Below are positions 10,694 through 16,925 of a stretch of DNA of 64,000 nucleotides, piece by piece. The DNA comes from a virus. Lineage: Duplodnaviria; Caudoviricetes. The notes beneath the pieces were generated by a model. The model worked only from the letters and a program-made list of their open reading frames with translations, made no database searches and was not told where the DNA came from. The stretch is from the IMG/VR virus record IMGVR_UViG_3300046795_000082, positions 8,267 to 72,266 of that record. One strand, 5' to 3'. A program made the translations under genes and the position numbers. Position 1 is the stretch's first letter; each line of letters opens with the position of its first letter.

Positions 10694-11328
10694 GCGAGCT
10701 GCTGCTGTCGCGCACGCTCGACCCGGCCGACTATGACCGTTTCACCGAGGAGCTGAAAGTCGTCGACGGCTACAGCCTCGACGGCCAGCATCCGCACCGC
10801 CGCTGGGAGTATGGCCTGGCGCTGCACGCCATCTGGCGCTGGCGGCAGCGGCCCGGGACCCGCTTGGACCGGGAGGACCCCATCTACGACGTCGGCGGGG
10901 CCGGCACGCCCTTCCATCACATGCTCACCGAGTGGACGCTCGGGGACGTCGACGTGATCGACCCGACGCTCAATCGCACCGTCGAGCGCTACGCGGTCGC
11001 TGGGGCGGCGCTCGCGGACGTGGTCACGTGTATCTCGGTGATCGAGCACGTCAAGGACGTCGACCGCTTTCTCTACGCCCTGAGCTGCCTCGTCGCGCCG
11101 GGCGGCCTCGTGATCATCACGATGGACTACTGGAACCGCTGCGGCGCCGACACCGCCGAGAATCGCGACTCACGGCAGCGCATCTACTGTCCGAAGACTT
11201 ACGCGCAGCTGCGAAACGCGTGTACGCCGCTGCACCTCACCACGTTCGGGGGCGTCGATCCGAGCTGGCATGGCGCGCAGGTCTGGGACTACACGTTCGC
11301 CAGCCTGGTACTGGAAAAGCGGGCATGA
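10690..11328 (+). CDS. Class I SAM-dependent methyltransferase
   Basis: IYDVGGAG, DVVTCISVIEHV, LVAPGGLVIITMD. Confidence 0.8.
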   Translation: MSELLLSRTLDPADYDRFTEELKVVDGYSLDGQHPHRRWEYGLALHAIWRWRQRPGTRLDREDPIYDVGGAGTPFHHMLTEWTLGDVDVIDPTLNRTVERYAVAGAALADVVTCISVIEHVKDVDRFLYALSCLVAPGGLVIITMDYWNRCGADTAENRDSRQRIYCPKTYAQLRNACTPLHLTTFGGVDPSWHGAQVWDYTFASLVLEKRA

Positions 11329-11870
11329 CGGCGCTCTCCCGCACCTGTCGGCTCCGCGACTTTCCCGACTGCATCACCGTCGCGGCCTGGCAGCAGCACC
11401 TCGCCAACATCGCCTGGGCGCGCTGGATCGAGGAGCGGCACACACAGACGCGGACCCCGAACTACGTCGTCAACTGGAGCGGATGCCCCTTCGACGCGCC
11501 GGGGCCGACCGCCATTTACCAGCTGCGGGGAGAGCCGGTCCCGAAGACTCCCGAGAACGTGCCCGCGGTCTTCGCCCTCTCGGTGCTCGACCATCTGGAC
11601 GCGCCGCTGCGCTTCTTCGTCGACGCGCTCGCGCAGGTGCGCCGCGGGGGCCTGCTGTTCTGCACCTACGCGTTCTGGGACGCCGAAGGGCCGGACCTCG
11701 CCGCCGGCAACGACGGGCGTCGGCGGATCTACGACGCGACCAGCCAGCGCAAGCTCCTGGCTGAACTCCGCAAGATGGACCTGCTGCCCTTCGGCGGCCT
11801 CGACTGGAGCTATCACGGTCACACGCTCGACGACCACACCCTCGCCAGCCTGGTGCTGACGCGGCGCTGA
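11325..11870 (+). CDS. Methyltransferase-like paralog of the upstream gene
   Basis: FALSVLDHL, VRRGGLLFCT, shared C-terminus PFGGLDWSYHG...ASLVL; SAM motif degenerate. Confidence 0.6.
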   Translation: MTALSRTCRLRDFPDCITVAAWQQHLANIAWARWIEERHTQTRTPNYVVNWSGCPFDAPGPTAIYQLRGEPVPKTPENVPAVFALSVLDHLDAPLRFFVDALAQVRRGGLLFCTYAFWDAEGPDLAAGNDGRRRIYDATSQRKLLAELRKMDLLPFGGLDWSYHGHTLDDHTLASLVLTRR

Positions 11871-11882
11871 AGGGAGGACGAG

Positions 11883-13139
11883 ATGAAGGTCACCACCAGC
11901 ATGTGCCGGGCCTGCCGAAGCGGCCTGGAGCCGCTCGTCGACCTCGGCGACATCTGCCTGTCCGGGTTTCCTGCCCGCGACGAGGCGGACCGGCCCCGAG
12001 CGCCTCTGCTCCTCTGCGCGTGTGGCGCCTGCCGACTCGTCCAGCTGGGGCATACCGTCTCTCGGGATGACCTGTTCTGTCACTACTGGTATCAGAGCGG
12101 CATCAACGAAACGATGCGCGACGAGCTGGCGAGCGTCGTCGAGGACGCGGTCATGCGTGTGGGTGAGATGACCCCCAACGACGTCGTCCTGGACATCGGG
12201 GCGAACGACGGAACGCTCCTGACCCACTACCGGACGCTCGGACTCAACCCCCTCCACGACGGCCCGATCCGTGTCGCCTACGAGCCCGCCCGAAACCTCC
12301 AAGAGGCCTTGCGGCTGGCCGCCGACGTCATCGTCGCGGACTACTTCCCGGAGCGCTACAAGGAGATTCAGCGCCTGGAGGGACGGGTGAAGATCATCAC
12401 GTCGATCGCCATGGTCTACGCGGTCAACGCGCTGGCGCCGTTCCTCGCCGCCATCGCCGCGCTGCTGCACCGGGACGGCGTGTGGATCGTGCAGTTCCAG
12501 GACCTGGCGCAGATGCTCCAGACGCGCGCCTTCGACAACATCTGCCACGAGCACCTCTGCTACTTCAGCCTGGAGAGCTTCGGGAAGCTCCTCGTGCCCT
12601 ACGGGCTCCAGGTCGTCGATGCCGGGCGCCGCGCCATCAACGGCGGCAGCCTGCGCCTGACCGTGCAGCACAGTGGACACCAGGTCGACCGACACGTCAT
12701 GGAGCGGCTGGCCGAGGAATCTGGCTGCCAGCAGTGGACCGCGCTGGAGGCGTTCGACGCGCGGGTGCAGGAGACGATTCGCCACATTCGCGGCGCCGTC
12801 ACGCCCTGGATCGGTCGGGGGCGCACGGTCGACCTCTACGGGGCGTCGACCAAGGCCAATACGCTCCTCCAGGTCTGCCACGTCGACCACCGTGTCCTGC
12901 GCCAGGCCTGGGAACGAAGCCCCGAGAAGGTCGGCCGGCGCACCGTGGGGACCGACATCCCGATCGTCAGCGAGGAGGACGGACGCGCCGACCCGCCGGA
13001 CGCCTTGCTCGTCGGGATCTGGCAGTTCCGCGAAGCCATCCTTGTGCGTGAGAGCGCCTTCCTGCGGAGCGGCGGGACGCTCATTTTCCCGCTGCCCAAC
13101 GTCGACCTGGTGCGAATCGCGTGGAACGCCACGGCCTGA
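11883..13139 (+). CDS. NDP-hexose C-methyltransferase-like protein
   Basis: N-terminal Zn site CRAC...CGACRLVQL, DIGANDGTLL, FDNICHEHLCYFS, HGGSL-like NGGSLR, YGASTKANTLL. Confidence 0.88.
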   Translation: MKVTTSMCRACRSGLEPLVDLGDICLSGFPARDEADRPRAPLLLCACGACRLVQLGHTVSRDDLFCHYWYQSGINETMRDELASVVEDAVMRVGEMTPNDVVLDIGANDGTLLTHYRTLGLNPLHDGPIRVAYEPARNLQEALRLAADVIVADYFPERYKEIQRLEGRVKIITSIAMVYAVNALAPFLAAIAALLHRDGVWIVQFQDLAQMLQTRAFDNICHEHLCYFSLESFGKLLVPYGLQVVDAGRRAINGGSLRLTVQHSGHQVDRHVMERLAEESGCQQWTALEAFDARVQETIRHIRGAVTPWIGRGRTVDLYGASTKANTLLQVCHVDHRVLRQAWERSPEKVGRRTVGTDIPIVSEEDGRADPPDALLVGIWQFREAILVRESAFLRSGGTLIFPLPNVDLVRIAWNATA

Positions 13140-13148
13140 AGGAGACCC

Positions 13149-13256
13149 ATGCATCTACTCGAAATCGGTGGCCGGCTGGAGACGGTGCTGCTCCTCGTCA
13201 CCCTCGCCGTGCTGGTCGTCTTCTGGTGGCACTTCCGCAGCGGAGCGCGACGATGA
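13149..13256 (+). CDS. Small membrane protein (35 aa)
   Basis: GGAG RBS, one hydrophobic helix, ATGA coupling. Confidence 0.5.
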   Translation: MHLLEIGGRLETVLLLVTLAVLVVFWWHFRSGARR

Positions 13257-13714
13257 AGGAAATCACAGGAGACCTCTGGGCGCAGGTCTGCGACGCGCGC
13301 TGCATCACTACCAACGGCACGGTCACCAACGCCGGGCGCGGGGTGATGGGCCGAGGCGTCGCGCGCCAGGCCAAGGACCGCTACCCAGGTATCGAGCTGC
13401 ACCTCGGGCGGATGGTCCGCCGCTTCGGCAATCACACGCAGCTGCTGGTCGACGAGCCGGATGGCGTACCCCTCATCGCCCTGCCGGTCAAACACAACTG
13501 GCCCGACAAAGCCGACCTGCTGCTCATCAAGCGCAGCATGACAGAACTGGTCACACTCACCGACACGCGTGGCTGGCAGGTGGTCGTGCTACCGCGGCCA
13601 GGCTGCGGCAACGGCAAGCTGCACTGGGACCAGGTCGAGCGCCTGATCACGCCGCTGCTCGACGACCGGTTCCTCGTCGTCTACGCCGGCACTGGGGAGC
13701 GATGGGAAGCATAG
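13253..13714 (+). CDS. Macrodomain (ADP-ribose binding/hydrolase) protein
   Basis: GDLW, ITTNG...VMGRGVA, VLPRPGCGNGKLHW motifs. Confidence 0.8.
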   Translation: MKEITGDLWAQVCDARCITTNGTVTNAGRGVMGRGVARQAKDRYPGIELHLGRMVRRFGNHTQLLVDEPDGVPLIALPVKHNWPDKADLLLIKRSMTELVTLTDTRGWQVVVLPRPGCGNGKLHWDQVERLITPLLDDRFLVVYAGTGERWEA

Positions 13715-13761
13715 TGAGAAAGAGTTGCAACATGATGCCTGATGAGAGTAGAGTGACTTCC

Positions 13762-13986
13762 ATGCCCACACAACCACGAAAGCCCGCCAGCAAACCGACG
13801 GAGAGACAAGGGCTGGTCTCCCTCGCCGAAGCCGCCGCGTACCTCGGACTCTCCGAGGGGACGCTGCGGAATTGGGTGTCGATGCGGAGGATCGAGTACG
13901 TGAAGATCGGCAGCCGCACCTGCTTCCGGCCCGCCGCGCTCGACGCCTATATCGCGGCGCAGACGGTGCCGGCGGTCAATCGCTGA
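13762..13986 (+). CDS. Excisionase-like HTH (HTH_17) protein
   Basis: LVSLAEAAAYLGLSEGTLRNWV...YVKIGSR; directly upstream of integrase. Confidence 0.8.
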   Translation: MPTQPRKPASKPTERQGLVSLAEAAAYLGLSEGTLRNWVSMRRIEYVKIGSRTCFRPAALDAYIAAQTVPAVNR

Positions 13987-14004
13987 GAGACGAGAGAGGG
14001 ACCG

Positions 14005-15108
14005 ATGCGACTCTACAAACGGTGTGACTGTCCGGAGACCGGCTGCTCGCACTCCCTGTGGTACGGCTTCAAGCACAAGGGGAAGCCCTACCGGGGGTCG
14101 ACGTTCACGGCCAACCGAAAGCTCGCGCTGCGGATTGCCACCCGCGCGCGCAACAAGGTCGTCGGCGAGCGCGCCGGCCTGGAGATGGACGACGAGGCGG
14201 CGCCGCTGCAGCCGCTGCTCTCCGAGGCGCGGGTGCAGTACATCAACTGGGCGAAGGGCGACCACCCCGCCACCGCCGAGTCGGAGGACCTGCGCGTGCT
14301 GACCGTGTTCCAGGACATCCTCGACGACAAACGACTCGACGCGTACACGCCGTTCGACATCGAGCGCTGGCGCACCGCCCGCCTCAAGAGCGGCGTCGTC
14401 CGCAACACCGTCATCCGCAACACGATCGTCCTGCAGGGGTTTTTCTCCAAGGCCCGCATCTGGCACAAGCTGAAGGCCTCGCCGTTCGACAAGGTCGACG
14501 GGTGGAAGCCGGATGAGACCAAGCGCTTGACGCTCGACGACCGCCAGCTGCACATCGCCTTCACCGAGCTGCCGGCGCCCTACTGCTTCGTCTGCCGCGT
14601 GACGCTCGAATCGCTCGCGCGGCTGTCCGAGGTGCTCGGGCTGCAGCGGACCGACCTGGGCCCGAGCTGGATTCAGATCAAGCGCAAGGGCGGGCGGGTC
14701 GACCTGGTCACCGTCTCCGCGGACCTGCTCGCCGACCTGCGCGCCTGGTGCCCGCTCGACCGCAAGTACGTCTTCGCAAACGAGCCGGGCGACCGCCTGC
14801 CGATGGACGCGGATACGGCGTCGGCCAACATGACGCGGGAGTTTCGGCGTATCGGGCTGGAGGGCTTCAGCCATCACTGCTTCCGCCACACCGGCGTGAC
14901 GCTGATGCTGGAGAACGGCGTGAACCCGCGGGCGATCCAGCAGCTGGCCGGCTGGTCGTCCCTGCGTCAGCTGGCGCGCTATGGCCACGCACGGGATGCG
15001 GAGTCGCGGCGCGCGGTGGAAGGCAATGCGGCGTACTACCGGAAGGTGATGGCGCAGAAACCGGTGGAGCCGAACACCCAGGCCACCAGTGAACCGGGGT
15101 CACAGTAG
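14005..15108 (+). CDS. int: Tyrosine recombinase / phage integrase
   Basis: Catalytic R (ARLSE), K, HxxR (HCFRH), AGW, Y (RYGH); N-terminal arm-binding region. Confidence 0.92.
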   Translation: MRLYKRCDCPETGCSHSLWYGFKHKGKPYRGSTFTANRKLALRIATRARNKVVGERAGLEMDDEAAPLQPLLSEARVQYINWAKGDHPATAESEDLRVLTVFQDILDDKRLDAYTPFDIERWRTARLKSGVVRNTVIRNTIVLQGFFSKARIWHKLKASPFDKVDGWKPDETKRLTLDDRQLHIAFTELPAPYCFVCRVTLESLARLSEVLGLQRTDLGPSWIQIKRKGGRVDLVTVSADLLADLRAWCPLDRKYVFANEPGDRLPMDADTASANMTREFRRIGLEGFSHHCFRHTGVTLMLENGVNPRAIQQLAGWSSLRQLARYGHARDAESRRAVEGNAAYYRKVMAQKPVEPNTQATSEPGSQ

Positions 15109-15347
15109 GGAGCACAGCGGTTGTTCGACCTGTCGTAAGTAGTGGTCCTTCCAGCACTTCGTCTTCCTACTGACACCCGGCATCAGTGCCAGCCGGGGCT
15201 GGTGAGGGGGTGAGGCGGGCTGAACCCGCACACGACGAGATGCGGGTAACCGAAAGGGCGACTATGACTTAGCGGGCGGTCCGGCTGCACGACACCTCAC
15301 GCCGGATCGTCCGCTCGGGGCAGGAGGGGATCACAAAGGGGATCACA
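15096..15347. other. Putative attP (two pairs of arm-type direct repeats)
   Basis: GGGRKCACA at 15096, 15108, 15327, 15339, each pair 12 nt apart, flanking ~210 nt of non-coding DNA after int. Confidence 0.6.
15169..15314 (+). ncRNA. Candidate structured RNA element (unassigned family)
   Basis: 14-bp stem with two G-U pairs, 7-bp hairpin, possible pseudoknots; no Rfam family recognised. Confidence 0.35.
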
Positions 15348-15370
15348 CGAACGACCGCGGGGAGGACTGA

Positions 15371-16414
15371 ATGTCTGAACCGTGGGTCATCATGCCGGTG
15401 CTGGCGGCACCGGTCGAGACTGAAGCCGCCATCAGCGACGTCCTCGCGCAGACCATGGGCTGCCGGCTCCTGGTCGTCAACCAAGGCATCGACACCCCCT
15501 TCCGCCAGCACCTCGAACGGATCGCCGAGGCCTATCCCTCACGCGTGTTCGTGTGGTCGCACGTGCCGCCGCTGGCGAGCCTGGCGGCGACCTGGAACCG
15601 CGCCCTCGACTTCGCCTGGGAGACCGGCGCGCACGCGGCCCTGGTCATCGGCAACGACGTCCGCCTGGCGCCGAACACGTTGCGCGAACTGGACGGCGTC
15701 ATGGGCCACTGCGACCCGTACGTGGTCACGGGTGTGGGTGTGAGCCCCGAGCAGTTCACGCCTGGCGAGCCGGTGCCGCCCGTCCTGCTGACCCCACCGG
15801 ACAAGCAGGGCTGGGGGCAACCCCTGGAGCGCGGCGGGCCAGACTTCAGCTGCTTCTACATCTCGCGCCAGGGGCACCACCTGTTCCGGTTCGACGAGGG
15901 CTTCATCCCGGCCTATTGCGAGGACTGTTCGCTCCACCGAGAGATGATGCTCGCCGGTGAGGGGCATCGAATCTACAGCGTCAACGTCCCCTTCGGCCAC
16001 ATCGGCAGCATCACCCTGAAGACCGTCGACGCGAAGACCCGCAGCCACATCGAGCGGCTGACCCAGACGACCTCGCGCGCGCACTACCTGGCGAAGTGGG
16101 GCGGGGCGGTGAACGAGGAGCGCTACACGGTCCCCTTCGACCCGACGACCGCACGAGACGGTGTGACCACTCCTGACCTATTTGCGGAGGTGCAGCGTGG
16201 GCAAGACGATCGACCAGCTCAAACTCAACGACCAGCCGCTCAGCCCCGACGACGTACGCGACGCCGCGTGGTACCAGTTCGCCATCGAGATCGACGACCT
16301 GCTGGCGACGGGCAAGTACGGGTGGGCGGAGAAGACCCTGGGGGACATCCAGCAGACGGTCACCGAGACCCACCAGGTGACACAAGGCCAGCGACAGGCG
16401 GTGGCGAACATTGA
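15371..16414 (+). CDS. Glycosyltransferase family 2
   Basis: WVIMPV...LLVVNQG, LAATWNRAL, IGNDV, FDEGFIPAYCED; last ~70 aa look like non-coding read-through overlapping the next gene. Confidence 0.8.
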   Translation: MSEPWVIMPVLAAPVETEAAISDVLAQTMGCRLLVVNQGIDTPFRQHLERIAEAYPSRVFVWSHVPPLASLAATWNRALDFAWETGAHAALVIGNDVRLAPNTLRELDGVMGHCDPYVVTGVGVSPEQFTPGEPVPPVLLTPPDKQGWGQPLERGGPDFSCFYISRQGHHLFRFDEGFIPAYCEDCSLHREMMLAGEGHRIYSVNVPFGHIGSITLKTVDAKTRSHIERLTQTTSRAHYLAKWGGAVNEERYTVPFDPTTARDGVTTPDLFAEVQRGQDDRPAQTQRPAAQPRRRTRRRVVPVRHRDRRPAGDGQVRVGGEDPGGHPADGHRDPPGDTRPATGGGEH

Positions 16415-16472
16415 AGCCGGCATTTACCGCAGCCGTGGGAGGCGCTATGAAGGCTTCGGTCGACGACGCTGA
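16197..16472 (+). CDS. Hypothetical protein
   Basis: GTG after GGAGG; coding-like codon usage. Confidence 0.6.
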   Translation: MGKTIDQLKLNDQPLSPDDVRDAAWYQFAIEIDDLLATGKYGWAEKTLGDIQQTVTETHQVTQGQRQAVANIEAGIYRSRGRRYEGFGRRR

Positions 16473-16650
16473 CCCGATCGATTGCAAGCACGGCCAGCAC
16501 GCGCCTCTCGACGAGCTGCCGCCGTCGCCGGGCGACGGTCACACGGTCGAGGTCGACTGGCGCTGTCCCGCGTGTATGCGCCTGGTCAGGACGGTGAGCT
16601 GGACGCAGGAGGCGTGGCTGAAGGACCAGGCCAAGCGCAGGAGGACGTGA
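16447..16650 (+). CDS. Hypothetical Zn-ribbon protein
   Basis: GGGAGG RBS; CKH...CPAC. Confidence 0.55.
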   Translation: MKASVDDADPIDCKHGQHAPLDELPPSPGDGHTVEVDWRCPACMRLVRTVSWTQEAWLKDQAKRRRT

Positions 16651-16925
16651 TGGACCATCGCATTGAAGCGGATTTCCAGACCTTGTTGATGCAGGCGGCG
16701 GACACCACCCAGCTGTATCTCAGTCGGGCAATCCACGACATCGACGAGGCGCTCAGCCCGGGCTATGCCGCGAAGCACCCGGAGTTGGTCGCCGCCTTTA
16801 TCACGACCGCAGCTCGGGACTTCCACAGCTCGATGGTGGGGGTGGCGCTGCAGCAGCTCACCGACGCCGTGCAGGACATCGCTAACCACTTCGAACGCAG
16901 CGTGGAGATAAGTGCCCAGACTTAG
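16650..16925 (+). CDS. Hypothetical helical protein
   Basis: TGATG coupling, GGAGG RBS. Confidence 0.6.
   Translation: MDHRIEADFQTLLMQAADTTQLYLSRAIHDIDEALSPGYAAKHPELVAAFITTAARDFHSSMVGVALQQLTDAVQDIANHFERSVEISAQT

Noticed and set aside
15150-15190. Hammerhead ribozyme on the minus strand (CTGATG...GACGAAG)
   Set aside because: Core reads CUGAUGC and CGAAG instead of the required CUGANGA and GAAA
15199-15232. tRNA/tmRNA 3' end on the minus strand (GCGGG-TTCAG-CCCGC...CACCA)
   Set aside because: T-loop is 5 nt rather than 7 and 11 nt separate it from ACCA; no D or anticodon arm. Could at most be a degenerate att core
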